Positions 34,678 to 45,247 of a stretch of DNA of 64,000 bases are shown piece by piece. Origin of the DNA: an uncultured Actinomycetota bacterium (GTDB lineage: Bacteria; Actinomycetota; Actinomycetes; JAHEKZ01); the NCBI GenBank assembly GCA_963743915.1, contig CAVURN010000001.1, forward strand, positions 768,001-832,000, read 5' to 3'. The notes under the pieces are model-generated. The model was not told where the DNA came from. It was given only the letters and a program-made list of their open reading frames with translations, and searched no databases. Made by a program: the position numbers and the translations under genes. The first letter of the stretch is position 1. The number at the start of each line of letters is the position of its first letter.

Positions 34678-35252
34678 TCGCGTGGGTCACCCAGGGTCCC
34701 CGCGTCGCGCCACCAGCGTTCGAGAGCCAGCGCCGCCATCTCGAAGGCGGCGCCCCGTCCGAGGAAGTCCGGGCTCCGACGGTGCACCGGGGTCGCCACA
34801 GGTCCGATGTCCCGCAGGGTGATCACCACGACGTCACCACCGACGTCGTGCTGGTCCCCGTCCGACCGAGGCGAGCGTGGTGCGGTTGAGATGTCCGTGA
34901 CCAGCCGCCACGGGTAGACCGCCATCGTGCGGATCGTGGCAATCCGCACCCCGGCGTCGTTGACGTAGACGCCGACGGCGAAGAAGCGGGTGACCAGGAT
35001 CGCGAGCCCCGCCGCGATCAGTCCGAACGACAGGGTGAACACCAGGCGAGGAACCACCGGACCCGAGGCCAGCAGCGCACTGAAGGCGGTGAGCGCCGGA
35101 AGGGTCGTGACCACGATCCCGAGCAGGGCGATCGCCACGCGCAGCGGCCCTGGGCGGTAGGGGCGGATCCACGTGACCTGGCGGTACTGCGAACCGACCG
35201 GACCGCGCGGGCGGTCCGGCCAGAACTTCCAGCCGGTGAACCAGTGGCTCAT
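34674..35252 (-). CDS. Membrane protein with bacterial PH-like domain
   Basis: Two TM helices followed by GVYVNDAGVRI...YPW. Confidence 0.6.
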   Translation of the reverse strand: MSHWFTGWKFWPDRPRGPVGSQYRQVTWIRPYRPGPLRVAIALLGIVVTTLPALTAFSALLASGPVVPRLVFTLSFGLIAAGLAILVTRFFAVGVYVNDAGVRIATIRTMAVYPWRLVTDISTAPRSPRSDGDQHDVGGDVVVITLRDIGPVATPVHRRSPDFLGRGAAFEMAALALERWWRDAGTLGDPRD

Positions 35253-35274
35253 CGCTCCATCCTCGCCGGTCCCG

Positions 35275-35599
35275 TCAACCGACCAGCGCGCGGACGCCTG
35301 CGGCGACGGCTGCCGCTCCGACGACGACCACGAGGAAGGGTGCGCGCAGCAGCAGGGCGACGGCGGCAAAGGCGATGCCGACGAGGCGGGCGTCGAGCAC
35401 GAGACCGTCCGTCGCCACCCGACGACCTGGACGGTCGTCAGACGCCGAGAGCAGGGCCACCGGCATCAGGACCGCCACCCGATGGACCCGCGGCCGTTCC
35501 AGGTAGCCGCTCCGGAACCGCGTATCCGAGCAGCTTCAGCCCATAGGCGCCGACCGCCAGCGCGGCGATCGCCAGCCAGTTCGCCAGATTCTCGCTCAC
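35275..35599 (-). pseudogene. azlD: AzlD-family branched-chain amino acid exporter small subunit (several frameshifts)
   Basis: WLAIAALAVGAYGLKLLGY...PVALLSA...LDARLVG...LRAPFLVVV spread across frames. Confidence 0.7.
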
Positions 35600-36278
35600 G
35601 GGGCCTCCGTCGCAGGAGGTTGCGGCTCCGGCCAGGCGACGACGAGGGCGACGGATGCAGCGGCGATCACCGGGAGGCCGGGTGGCAGGAGCGGGGTCAG
35701 CAGCAGCGTCAGGATCACGGCGCCGGAGCGCCACGCGTCTCGCCTGCGAGGTCGTCAGCTGGGGCCAGATCAACGCGAGAAACGCGGCACCGACAGCGGC
35801 GTCCAGGCCGATCACTTTCGGGTCTGCAATCTGGTCGACGGCGAACGCGCCGGCCACCGTCGCGAGGTTCCAGCAGCTGAGACACGACCAGGCCGGTCGT
35901 CCAGAACCCCAGACGCGACATCGCCGGGTCGCGCTGGGCCAGTGCCACGGCTGTCGACTCGTCGATGGTCAGCTGCGCGGCGGCCGCCCGTCGCCAGCCG
36001 GTCGCCTGCAGGATCGAGCGCAGCCGCAGCCCGTAGAAGGTGTTGCGGGTTCCCAACGCCAGTGCCGCCAGCACGCCGGAGGCGGGCGATCCACCCGCGC
36101 CGATCACGCTCACGAGCGCGAACTGGGAGGCGCCGGTGAAGACCAGCAGGCTCAATACCACCGCCTGGAGGACGCTGAGCCCGTTGGCGACCGCGAGTGC
36201 GCCGAAGCCGAGGCCGTAGCTGCCCACCACGACCCCGACCTCCCAGGACGTGGAGGTGACCTCGCGCCGCTCCGTCAC
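35596..36278 (-). pseudogene. azlC: AzlC-family branched-chain amino acid exporter (frameshifts near 35881 and 35726)
   Basis: SLLVFTGASQFA, RNTFYG, TIDESTA, then WNLATVAG...GLDAA...FLALIWPQL in shifted frames. Confidence 0.8.
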
Positions 36279-36832
36279 GTGGCGGGCACCAGCGCCGTCG
36301 CGAGCCGGACCTGCCGCAGCTCGATCTCGTCGGCGTCCGGGTCGGAGGCACCGGCCAGGGTCCGGTATGCGCCGTCAGCGGCCCAGCCGGCTCCTTCGAG
36401 GAAGGTCCGCAGCTCGTCGTCCACGCTGGGCACCCAGGCAACGGCCTCGCGCTCACCCGCGTCGATGGCGGTCTGCATCGTCGCGGTCAGCAAGCGGGAC
36501 CCGTGTCCGCGGCGACGGCGGTCGGGGTCCACCGTCAGCAGCAGCAGCTCGACGGTGGTGGAGGCGTCCAGGTCCGGGTCGGACGCGGGGGCGACGGCTG
36601 CCGCGCCCACGACGACCTCTTCGCCGGATCCGGTCTCGACGGCGACCCACGTGGTGTGACGGACGCTCGGTGGCGCAGTGACGGCGCGCTCCCACCCCCG
36701 TTCGACGACGGCGAGCTCGGGCGGCGGCGGGAGGCCGAGGTCCTGGCTCGCACGTTGCCAGCTGCGATGCTGGACCGAGGCGAAGCCCGCGGCATCGATC
36801 AGTCGGGCGGCCCGGACGAAGACGTCGGCCAT
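36275..36832 (-). CDS. GNAT N-acetyltransferase
   Basis: VDPDRRRRGHGSRLL, FLEGAGWAADG; GTGA overlap with azlC. Confidence 0.85.
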   Translation of the reverse strand: MADVFVRAARLIDAAGFASVQHRSWQRASQDLGLPPPPELAVVERGWERAVTAPPSVRHTTWVAVETGSGEEVVVGAAAVAPASDPDLDASTTVELLLLTVDPDRRRRGHGSRLLTATMQTAIDAGEREAVAWVPSVDDELRTFLEGAGWAADGAYRTLAGASDPDADEIELRQVRLATALVPAT

Positions 36833-36888
36833 GAGTCCATCCTCGCAGGCAGCGTGCTCCGCGCCGCCCGGCCCCTTAGGGTCTGCGC

Positions 36889-38016
36889 GTGCGCATCGTC
36901 GTGGTCGGACTCGGTGTGATGGGTCTGTCGGCTGCCCGTGAGCTGGCCGTCCGTGGCCACGAGGTGGTCGGTCTGGACCGCACGGAGGTCGGGAACAGGT
37001 GGGCGTCGTCCTCCGGCGCCACGCGCATCTACCGCCTGGCGCACGCCGAGCGTCCGATGGTGCGGCTTGCCCGCCGGAACCACGAGCTCTGGGAGGCGCT
37101 GGAGCGCGACGCCGGGCGTCCGCTGCGGCTGCAGCGCGGGCTGGTGTGGCGCGGCGGTTTGACCGAGCAGGTGGCGGCGTCCTTGGCGGCCGAGTCGGTC
37201 GAGCACGAGGTTCTCGACGAGCGGCGGCAGGTCGAGCTGTTCCCCGAGCTCCGGTGGTCTGACGACGCGGCCGCAGTGTGGCAGCCCGATGCGGGCGTCG
37301 TGCTGGCCGACGTGGCCCTGCGATCCACCGCAGCCCTGTGCGAACGTGCGGGCGGACGGATCCAGACCGGGACGACGGTGCTCGAGATCGTGCAGCGGGC
37401 CTCCGGCGTGCGGGTGGTCGCGGACGCACAGGGGGAAAGGACCACGTTCGACGCCGACCGCGTCGTGCTCACCGCCGGACCGTGGGCCGGATCGATGCTC
37501 AAGGCCCTCGGTGTCGACGTCTCGCTGGTGCCGTTCCTCGAGCAGATCACCTATGTGCGCGGCGGCGTGGACGTCCCGTGGGAGTCACGACCGTGTCTGG
37601 TCGACATCCCGGCGGAGGCCGGGTCGTTCGGCTTCTACGCCATGCCCACACCGGGGATCGGCTTCAAGGTCGGCATCGACGACCCCATCGGGCGGTTCGA
37701 CCCCGAGCAGCACGACCGGGCGCCGGTGGCCGAACGGGAACGTGAGGCCGTCGAGCGCGTCCGGCTGGAGCTGCCCGCGTTCGACGCCACGCCGATCCGG
37801 TCCGAGGTGTGCGCGTGGACCGAGTCCGACGACGATCTCTTCGTGCTCGACCGGGTCGGGGACGTCGTGTTCGGCTGTGGCGACAGCGGGCAGGGCTTCA
37901 AGTTCCTGCCGATGTTCGGCCAGGTGCTCTCCGACCTGGTGGAAGGCCATCCCGTGTCGGCGGATGTGGCAGCCCTGGGCCGGGGCAGGTTCACCGCGGA
38001 CGAACCCCACATCTGA
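36889..38016 (+). CDS. FAD-dependent oxidoreductase, monomeric sarcosine oxidase/SolA-like
   Basis: VVGLGVMG Rossmann motif, SSGATRIYRLAH, TAGPW, C-terminal SGQGFKF, Cys in EVCAWT. Confidence 0.8.
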   Translation: MRIVVVGLGVMGLSAARELAVRGHEVVGLDRTEVGNRWASSSGATRIYRLAHAERPMVRLARRNHELWEALERDAGRPLRLQRGLVWRGGLTEQVAASLAAESVEHEVLDERRQVELFPELRWSDDAAAVWQPDAGVVLADVALRSTAALCERAGGRIQTGTTVLEIVQRASGVRVVADAQGERTTFDADRVVLTAGPWAGSMLKALGVDVSLVPFLEQITYVRGGVDVPWESRPCLVDIPAEAGSFGFYAMPTPGIGFKVGIDDPIGRFDPEQHDRAPVAEREREAVERVRLELPAFDATPIRSEVCAWTESDDDLFVLDRVGDVVFGCGDSGQGFKFLPMFGQVLSDLVEGHPVSADVAALGRGRFTADEPHI

Positions 38017-38020
38017 CGAT

Positions 38021-38078
38021 CGATTGGCGCGAAATCGTCCACCTAGGCGCGAAGCGGTAGGCGGTTTCGCGTCACTCG
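38021..38078. repeat. REP-like imperfect hairpin ending in CACTCG
   Basis: CGATTGGCGCGAAATCGTCCACC / GGTAGGCGGTTTCGCGTCACTCG. Confidence 0.6.
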
Positions 38079-38153
38079 ACGCCATCGGAGGCGCCGTCGG
38101 TGCCGGTGGCTAGGGTGGGGCCGCCCGACCAGCCCGCCCGCCGGAGGACGACC

Positions 38154-38879
38154 GTGAGCAACGACCTCGAGATGCAGTTCCGCAGCGACGTCACCGTCGA
38201 GCTGGTGCGGGCGGCAGCACGGGACGCCGATGTGCTCTTCGCCGCGCGCGTCTCCACGCTCGGTGAGCAGTCTCTCGACGAGGTCGACGGCGACGCCGAG
38301 CGCTCCTCCGGGCTGATCCGGTACCTGATGCGCGACCGTCACGGGTCGCCGTTCGAGCACAACTCCATGACCTTCTACGTCCAGGCCCCGATCTTCGTGT
38401 TCCGAGAGTTCATGCGGCACCGCATCGCGTCGTACAACGAGGAGTCAGGTCGTTACCGCGAGCTGCGTCCGGTGTTCTACGTGCCCGGGCGCGAGCGCAA
38501 GCTGGTGCAAGAGGGAAAGCCCGGGCACTACGTCTTCGTCGACGGCACCGACGAGCAGCACGCCACTGTCGTGGAGCAGACCAAGGCCGCCTGCACCGTC
38601 GCCTACCAGGCGTACCAGCGGATGCTCGATGCCGGTGTGGCGCGCGAGGTGGCGCGGGGCGTCCTGCCGGTGGCCACCTACTCGTCGATGTACGTGACCA
38701 TGAACGCCCGGTCGTTGATGAACTTCCTCTCCCTCCGCACCAAGCGGGAGACCTCCTCGTACCCGTCCTACCCCCAGCGCGAGATCGAGATGGTCGCTGA
38801 GCAGATGGAGGCGCTGTGGGCCGACCTCATGCCGGTCACCCACGCGGCCTTCGAAGCCGCGGGACGGGTGTCACCCTGA
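38154..38879 (+). CDS. thyX: Flavin-dependent thymidylate synthase
   Basis: HGSPFEH, RHRIASYNEESGRY, NARSLMNFLSLR; GGAGGA RBS. Confidence 0.96.
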   Translation: MSNDLEMQFRSDVTVELVRAAARDADVLFAARVSTLGEQSLDEVDGDAERSSGLIRYLMRDRHGSPFEHNSMTFYVQAPIFVFREFMRHRIASYNEESGRYRELRPVFYVPGRERKLVQEGKPGHYVFVDGTDEQHATVVEQTKAACTVAYQAYQRMLDAGVAREVARGVLPVATYSSMYVTMNARSLMNFLSLRTKRETSSYPSYPQREIEMVAEQMEALWADLMPVTHAAFEAAGRVSP

Positions 38880-38936
38880 CGGCGCCCCCCTTTCGGGTGG
38901 GTGTAACGCCTCGACCTTCGGCAGCGATCATCGGAC

Positions 38937-38980
38937 GACCCCGTCACCGACCGACCCCCCGAGCGGGTGGTGACGGGGTC
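38937..38980 (+). terminator. Hairpin downstream of thyX
   Basis: GACCCCGTCACC / GGTGACGGGGTC, 12-bp perfect stem. Confidence 0.5.
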
Positions 38981-39048
38981 CTTCACATCCGGACCCAGCC
39001 CGGTCCCTTGTGGGTCCTTCAGACGCCCCGGCCCGCTAGCCTGACCCC

Positions 39049-39960
39049 ATGACCACTGGAGCCCTCCGTCGTGCCCCGCTGGGCCGGGTCGTCACGGCGA
39101 TGGTCACCCCCTTCCGCGATGACGACCTCTCGGTCGACCTCGACGCCGTGCAGCGGCTGGCCACCCACCTCGTCGACCAGGGCAACGACGGACTCGTCGT
39201 CAACGGGACGACGGGGGAGTCGCCCACCACCACCGACCACGAGCAGCAGATGGTGGTGCAGGCGGTGGTCGAGGCGGTGGGTGACCGTGCCCTGGTCATC
39301 GCGGGCGCGTCGAGCAACGACACCGTCCACGCCGTCGAGCGGGCCCGCCTGGCACAGAAGGGCGGCGCTCACGCGCTGCTCGTCGTCTCGCCCTACTACA
39401 ACCGTCCACCCCAGGCGGGGGTGCTGAAACACCTGACCACCGTGGCAGACGCCACGGAGCTGCCGGTGATGCTCTACGACATCCCCGGTCGCACGGGGGT
39501 CGCGATCGACGTCGAGACCATGGTGCGCGCGGCGACCCACGAGAAGATCGTGGCGGTCAAGGACGCCAAGGGAGACCTGGCAGCCGCGTCCTGGGTGATG
39601 GCACGCACCGAGCTGGCCTGGTACTCGGGCGAGGACGTGCTCAACCTTCCGCTGATGAGCATCGGCGCGTCCGGCGTGGTGAGCGTCGTCGGTCATCTTG
39701 TGGCGGGGCGGCTCAGCGAGATGCTCGACGCGTTCGTCTCCGGTGACGTCGAGACCGCGACCCGGCTGCACCTGGGGCTGCTCCCCGTCTACACCGGCAT
39801 CTTCCGCACGCAGGGCGTGATGACCGTGAAGGCCGCGCTCAGCCAGCTCGGGGTGATCGGAGCGGCGGTCCGCCCTCCGCTGGTCGAGCTCACCCAGGAC
39901 GAGTTCGCCCGCCTGACCCTCGACCTCGCCGACGGAGCGGTGGAAGGCTTCGGGCCGTGA
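39049..39960 (+). CDS. dapA: 4-hydroxy-tetrahydrodipicolinate synthase
   Basis: AMVTPF, GTTGES, PYYN, LYDIPGRTG, VKDA. Confidence 0.96.
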   Translation: MTTGALRRAPLGRVVTAMVTPFRDDDLSVDLDAVQRLATHLVDQGNDGLVVNGTTGESPTTTDHEQQMVVQAVVEAVGDRALVIAGASSNDTVHAVERARLAQKGGAHALLVVSPYYNRPPQAGVLKHLTTVADATELPVMLYDIPGRTGVAIDVETMVRAATHEKIVAVKDAKGDLAAASWVMARTELAWYSGEDVLNLPLMSIGASGVVSVVGHLVAGRLSEMLDAFVSGDVETATRLHLGLLPVYTGIFRTQGVMTVKAALSQLGVIGAAVRPPLVELTQDEFARLTLDLADGAVEGFGP

Positions 39961-39967
39961 CCCGCCG

Positions 39968-41656
39968 ATGAGCCACCCGCATCCCGAGCTCGGAACGCCG
40001 CCGCCGCTGCCTGAAGGCGGTCTCCGCATCGTGCCGCTCGGCGGACTCGGAGAGATCGGCCGCAACATGGCGGTCTTCGAGTTCGGCAGCTCGCTGCTGA
40101 TCGTCGACTGCGGCGTGCTGTTCCCCGAGGACGACCAGCCGGGGGTCGACCTCATCCTCCCGGACTTCGACTACATCAGGGACCGGCTCGACGACGTCGT
40201 CGGCGTCGTGCTCACCCACGGGCACGAGGACCACATCGGCGCCGTGCCGTACCTGCTGCGCGAGCGTGCGGACATCCCGTTGCTCGGTTCGCAGCTGACA
40301 CTGGCCCTGCTGGAGGCCAAGCTCCGTGAGCACCGCATCAAGCCGGTGACCCAGGAGGTCGCCGAAGGCGACCGCACCTCACTCGGCGTCTTCGACCTCG
40401 AGTTCATCGCGGTCAACCACTCCATCCCCGACGCCCTCGCCGTGGCCATTCGGACGCCGGCGGGCCAGCTCGTCATCCACACCGGCGACTTCAAGATGGA
40501 TCAGCTCCCACTGGACGGACGCGTCACCGACCTGCGGGCACTGGCTCGGCTCGGCGAAGAGGGCGTCGACCTGCTGATGGTCGACTCGACCAACGCCGAG
40601 GTGCCGGGGTTCGTCGCACCGGAGCGCGACATCGTCCCCGTGCTCGACCGGGTGATCGCCGGCTCCAAGAAGCGCGTGATCGTCGCCTCGTTCGCGTCGC
40701 ACATCCACCGGGTCCAGCAGATCATCGACGTCGCTCGGGCGAACGGGCGCAAGGTCGCGTTCGTCGGCCGTTCGATGGTGCGCAACATGGGGATCGCCCG
40801 CGACCTCGGGTACCTGACCATCCCCGGTGACACCGTCGTCGACGTCAAAGAGCTCGACGAACACCCCGACGACCACGCGGTCCTGATCTGCACCGGCTCA
40901 CAGGGCGAGCCGATGGCGGTCCTCTCGCGGATCGCCGGCCGTGACCACAGCATCGTGCTCGGCGAGGGCGACACCGTGATCCTGGCGTCGTCACTCATCC
41001 CGGGGAACGAGAACGCGGTGTACCGCGTCATCAACGGTCTGATGCGCTGGGGTGCGACCGTCGTGCACAAGGGCAACGCCATGGTCCACGTGTCAGGGCA
41101 TGCCGCCGCCGGCGAGCTGCTCTACGTCTACAACCTGGTCCGGCCCACCAACGTGATGCCCGTGCACGGCGAGATCAGACACCTCAGGGCCAACGCCGAC
41201 CTCGCGCTCGCCTCCGGTGTTGAGGCCCGCAACGTCGTGCTCGCCGAGGACGGCGTCGTGGTGGACCTCGTCGAGGGCCACGCACGGGTCGTCGGTGCGG
41301 TCCCGTGCGGGTACGTCTACGTCGACGGCGCCTCGGTCGGTGACATCAGTGAGACGTCGCTCAAGGACCGTCGCATCCTCGGGTCCGAGGGCTTCATCTC
41401 GGTCCATGTCGTCGTCGACTCGGCCAACGGCAAGGTCATCGGCGGACCGGTGGTCTCCGCGCGCGGGTTCCACGAGGACGACGCGGTGTTCGACGAGGTG
41501 CTCCCCGAGATCACCGCCGCGATCGAGGACGCCGGCTCGCGCGGAGTGGGGGACGCTCATCAGCTGCAGCAAGTGGTGCGGCGGACCGTGGGCCGGTGGG
41601 TCAGCGCCCGCCACCGTCGCAAGCCGATGATCATCCCGGTCGTCATCGAGGTCTGA
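39968..41656 (+). CDS. rnj: Ribonuclease J
   Basis: PLGGLGEIGRN, THGHEDHIG, HTGDFK, HVSGH, PVHGE. Confidence 0.97.
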   Translation: MSHPHPELGTPPPLPEGGLRIVPLGGLGEIGRNMAVFEFGSSLLIVDCGVLFPEDDQPGVDLILPDFDYIRDRLDDVVGVVLTHGHEDHIGAVPYLLRERADIPLLGSQLTLALLEAKLREHRIKPVTQEVAEGDRTSLGVFDLEFIAVNHSIPDALAVAIRTPAGQLVIHTGDFKMDQLPLDGRVTDLRALARLGEEGVDLLMVDSTNAEVPGFVAPERDIVPVLDRVIAGSKKRVIVASFASHIHRVQQIIDVARANGRKVAFVGRSMVRNMGIARDLGYLTIPGDTVVDVKELDEHPDDHAVLICTGSQGEPMAVLSRIAGRDHSIVLGEGDTVILASSLIPGNENAVYRVINGLMRWGATVVHKGNAMVHVSGHAAAGELLYVYNLVRPTNVMPVHGEIRHLRANADLALASGVEARNVVLAEDGVVVDLVEGHARVVGAVPCGYVYVDGASVGDISETSLKDRRILGSEGFISVHVVVDSANGKVIGGPVVSARGFHEDDAVFDEVLPEITAAIEDAGSRGVGDAHQLQQVVRRTVGRWVSARHRRKPMIIPVVIEV

Positions 41657-41664
41657 CCCCACTA

Positions 41665-41740
41665 CCGGTGATCGGACTGTTTCAGTCACTTCTCTGAGCC
41701 CAGGGGACGTCCGGAGTGACGGAGATGCTCCGATCACCGG
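41665..41740. repeat. Long REP-like hairpin between rnj and ftsK
   Basis: CCGGTGATCGGA (41665-41676) / TCCGATCACCGG (41729-41740) plus inner GTCACT/AGTGAC pairing. Confidence 0.7.
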
Positions 41741-41845
41741 GGGTTGGACTGCGGCGGACCGCGGAGGCCGGGGGTGCCGCTACCGGGGCGCGACACACCG
41801 CATCACTGACCGGGAATGCCCGCGCACCGTCGGTAGCCTCGGCCC

Positions 41846-44383
41846 ATGGCCTCGTCTTCCCCGCGGGGCGCGACCCGTTCGCGCCCGGCCGGCTCCGCCC
41901 GCACGAGCAGTTCGCGCGCGCGGTCGTCCAGCAGCCGTTCGACGTCTCGGTCGCGCTCCTCCTCGCAACGTTCACCGGGAACCCTGACCCGCCTGGTCCG
42001 GGCGGTGTGGCTGGCCCTCCGGGGACTCTGGCTCGCCGTCGCCCACCTGTTGGGCGCGGCGGCTCGCCGGATCGGGCGCGGCGCCCGCGACATCGACCCC
42101 GACCAGCGGCGGGACGGCATCGGCCTGCTGCTGCTCGCCGTGGCGCTGGTGGCCGCCGCCTCGCAGTGGTGGTCGCTGGACGGGCCGGTCGACACCTTCT
42201 CCGACGCGGTGATCATCGGCAGCGCCGGACGTCTCGCCTGGGCGGTGCCCCTGCTGCTGCTCGCGTTGTCGTGGTGGGTGCTGCGCCATCCGGCAGGTCA
42301 TGCCCCCACAGGACGCCTCGTCATCGGCTGGGCAGCCACGGTCGGCGGCACGCTGGGGATCGCCCACGCACTCGCCGGGACCCCACAGCCGGTCGAGGGG
42401 GCGACCGCCATGCGCGAGGGCGGAGGGTTCGTCGGCTTCCTGGTCGCGGCGCCGCTGGTCTCGGGGGTCACCGCCTGGATCGCCGTGCCCGTCATGGCGC
42501 TGCTCGTGGTGTTCGGCGTGCTCGTGCTCACCTCCACCCCCGTCCACCAGGTGCCCGAGCGGCTGGCCGTGCTGCGCGACCGACTGCTGCTGCGCCCACC
42601 GGCACCGGAGGTCATCGACCTCGTCGAGGACGACAGCCACGACTACCGCGCGCCCGCACCCGTGCGCCGCGGGTGGTGGGCCCGTCGCCGTGCGGCGCTG
42701 CACGTCCACGCACCGACCGGGCCCGAGGCTTTCGAGACCCCGCTGATCGCAGGCGAGGTCACGGACGACGACGAGCTCGAAGAGATCGACGGGGCCGACG
42801 AGCACGATTCCGTGGCCGTGGTCCCCGAGGCAGAACCGGCCGCGGTGGTCAACACGTCGTCGTCGACCCCGGACCCCTCCACCTTGCCGACTCGGGTGGA
42901 ACAGCTGCTCCTCGGCGGTGACATCACCTACACGCTGCCGGACCCGTCCCTTCTGCGCACGGGGACGCCGCACAAGGCGCGCAGCAAGGCGAACGACACC
43001 GTCGTGAATGCACTGACCGAGGTGCTCGACCAGTTCGGCATCGATGCGCGGGTCACCGGCTTCATGCGCGGGCCCACCGTGACGCGCTACGAGGTCGAGC
43101 TCGGGTCGGGTGTCAAGGTCGAGCGGGTCACGGCGTTGAGCAAGAACATCGCCTACGCCGTGGCCAGCGCCGACGTGCGGATCCTGTCGCCGATCCCCGG
43201 CAAGTCGGCGATCGGGATCGAGATCCCCAACACCGACCGCGAGGTCGTCAGCCTCGGCGACGTCATGCGTTCGACCGCGGCACGGAGCGACCACCACCCG
43301 ATGGTGGTCGGTCTGGGCAAGGACGTCGAGGGCGGCTACGTCTGTGCCAACCTCGCCAAGATGCCGCACGTCCTCGTTGCGGGCGCTACCGGCGCGGGCA
43401 AGAGCGGGTGCATGAACGCACTCATCACCAGTGTCCTGATGCGGGCCACGCCGGACGAGGTGCGCATGGTGCTCGTCGACCCCAAGCGCGTGGAGCTCAC
43501 GGTCTACGAAGGCATCCCGCACCTGATCACTCCGATCATCACCAGTCCCAAGAAGGCGGCAGACGCGCTGCAGTGGGTCGTGCGCGAGATGGAGATGCGC
43601 TACGACGACCTGGCGGCCTACGGCTTCCGGCACGTCGACGACTTCAACAAGGCGGTGCGCAGCGGAGCGGTGAAGCCACCACCCGGCAGCGAACGCGCCC
43701 TGCAGCCGTACCCGTACCTGCTCGTCGTGGTCGACGAGCTTGCCGACCTGATGATGGTGGCACCGCGTGACGTCGAGGACTCGATCGTGCGCATCACGCA
43801 GCTCGCGCGTGCAGCGGGGATCCATCTCGTGCTCGCGACGCAGCGGCCGAGCGTCGACGTCGTGACCGGGCTCATCAAGGCGAACGTCCCGAGTCGGCTC
43901 GCGTTCGCGACGTCTTCGTTGGCCGACAGCAGGGTCATCCTCGACCAGCCCGGTGCGGAGAAGCTCGTCGGGCAAGGTGACGCGTTGTTCCTTCCGATGG
44001 GGGCGAGCAAGCCGATGCGCGTCCAGGGCTCGTGGGTCACCGAGCAGGAGGTCGCCGCCGTCGTGGCGCACGTCAAGTCACAGCTGCAGCCGACCTACCG
44101 GGACGACGTGACGGCGGCTCCGGTCCGCAAGGAGATCGACGAGGACATCGGCGACGACCTCGACCTGCTGCTCAGCGCCACCGAGCTCGTGGTGTCGTCG
44201 CAGTTCGGCTCCACCTCGATGCTGCAACGCAAGCTGCGGGTGGGGTTCGCCAAGGCCGGACGCCTCATGGACCTCATGGAGAGCCGGGGCATCGTGGGCC
44301 CCTCGGAGGGCTCGAAGGCGCGGGACGTGCTGGTCAAGCCGGACGAGCTCGCCGCCGTCCTCACCACCCTCCGGGGCGAGTGA
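41846..44383 (+). CDS. ftsK: DNA translocase FtsK
   Basis: N-terminal TM helices, [33 protein letters not shown], gamma domain [12 protein letters not shown]. Confidence 0.97.
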   Translation: MASSSPRGATRSRPAGSARTSSSRARSSSSRSTSRSRSSSQRSPGTLTRLVRAVWLALRGLWLAVAHLLGAAARRIGRGARDIDPDQRRDGIGLLLLAVALVAAASQWWSLDGPVDTFSDAVIIGSAGRLAWAVPLLLLALSWWVLRHPAGHAPTGRLVIGWAATVGGTLGIAHALAGTPQPVEGATAMREGGGFVGFLVAAPLVSGVTAWIAVPVMALLVVFGVLVLTSTPVHQVPERLAVLRDRLLLRPPAPEVIDLVEDDSHDYRAPAPVRRGWWARRRAALHVHAPTGPEAFETPLIAGEVTDDDELEEIDGADEHDSVAVVPEAEPAAVVNTSSSTPDPSTLPTRVEQLLLGGDITYTLPDPSLLRTGTPHKARSKANDTVVNALTEVLDQFGIDARVTGFMRGPTVTRYEVELGSGVKVERVTALSKNIAYAVASADVRILSPIPGKSAIGIEIPNTDREVVSLGDVMRSTAARSDHHPMVVGLGKDVEGGYVCANLAKMPHVLVAGATGAGKSGCMNALITSVLMRATPDEVRMVLVDPKRVELTVYEGIPHLITPIITSPKKAADALQWVVREMEMRYDDLAAYGFRHVDDFNKAVRSGAVKPPPGSERALQPYPYLLVVVDELADLMMVAPRDVEDSIVRITQLARAAGIHLVLATQRPSVDVVTGLIKANVPSRLAFATSSLADSRVILDQPGAEKLVGQGDALFLPMGASKPMRVQGSWVTEQEVAAVVAHVKSQLQPTYRDDVTAAPVRKEIDEDIGDDLDLLLSATELVVSSQFGSTSMLQRKLRVGFAKAGRLMDLMESRGIVGPSEGSKARDVLVKPDELAAVLTTLRGE

Positions 44384-44487
44384 CCCTCAGGAATTTCCGG
44401 CTTTTGTCGACATACCCCCTACGGACGTAGACTGGGTGTTTCCAGACGACGGTCGTCTACCGGCCCGCTCACGAGGGGAGGACGTCG

Positions 44488-45246
44488 GTGTCAATCGGTG
44501 CTGAAGTGACCGCGGCGCGCCACGAAGCCTCCCTGTCGTTGGCCGAGGTCAGCGAGCGGACGCGGGTCCGGTCCTCGGTGATCGAGGCGATCGAGGCCGA
44601 CGACTTCTCGCACTGCGGTGGGGACGTCTACGCGCGCGGGCACCTTCGCGCCATCGCCACCGCGGTCGGCGTCGACGGACAGCCGTGGGTCGACGAGTAC
44701 GACCGCACGTACGGCACGCCCGCGCCGAGCGCCACCGAGGTGTTCGAGGCCGAGTCGGTCGCACCGCGTCGCCGGACCGGCACGAACTGGAGCGCCTTGA
44801 TGGCGGCCGCCCTCGTCCTGGTGGTCGGGCTGGTGGTCGTCCAGCTCACGACCGGTGGCGACGACCCGGCGCGCACCCCGACGACGGTGGCCGAACCGGC
44901 ACCGAGCCCCACCGCCGAACCGTCCGGTGAGGGCGAGCCGAGCGACGATCCGACGCAGGTCGCTCAGCTGCCCCCCGACGAGGTCACCCTGCGCATGACG
45001 GCGCTCCCGAACCGGCTCAGCTGGGTCAGCGTCACAGGCTCGGACGACACCGTCCTCTTCGAGGGCAACATCGGTGACGGGCAGTCGAAGACCTTCCGGG
45101 ACGACAAGAGGATCAGTGTGGTCACCGGATGCGCATCGTCCGTCGAGCTGACGGTCAACGGTCAGGACGTCGGCAGTCCCGGCGACACCTGCGGCCCGGT
45201 GACCGTGCGTTTCACCCCCGATGACCCGGCTGGGGCTGCAGGCTGA
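44488..45246 (+). CDS. RodZ-like protein (HTH, TM, DUF4115)
   Basis: IEAIEADDF...[13 protein letters not shown], single TM helix, SWVSV C-terminal domain. Confidence 0.85.
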   Translation: MSIGAEVTAARHEASLSLAEVSERTRVRSSVIEAIEADDFSHCGGDVYARGHLRAIATAVGVDGQPWVDEYDRTYGTPAPSATEVFEAESVAPRRRTGTNWSALMAAALVLVVGLVVVQLTTGGDDPARTPTTVAEPAPSPTAEPSGEGEPSDDPTQVAQLPPDEVTLRMTALPNRLSWVSVTGSDDTVLFEGNIGDGQSKTFRDDKRISVVTGCASSVELTVNGQDVGSPGDTCGPVTVRFTPDDPAGAAG

Positions 45247-45247
45247 C

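Noticed and set aside
38880-39048. Lysine riboswitch upstream of dapA
   Set aside because: No recognisable lysine-aptamer motifs, and dapA appears leaderless.
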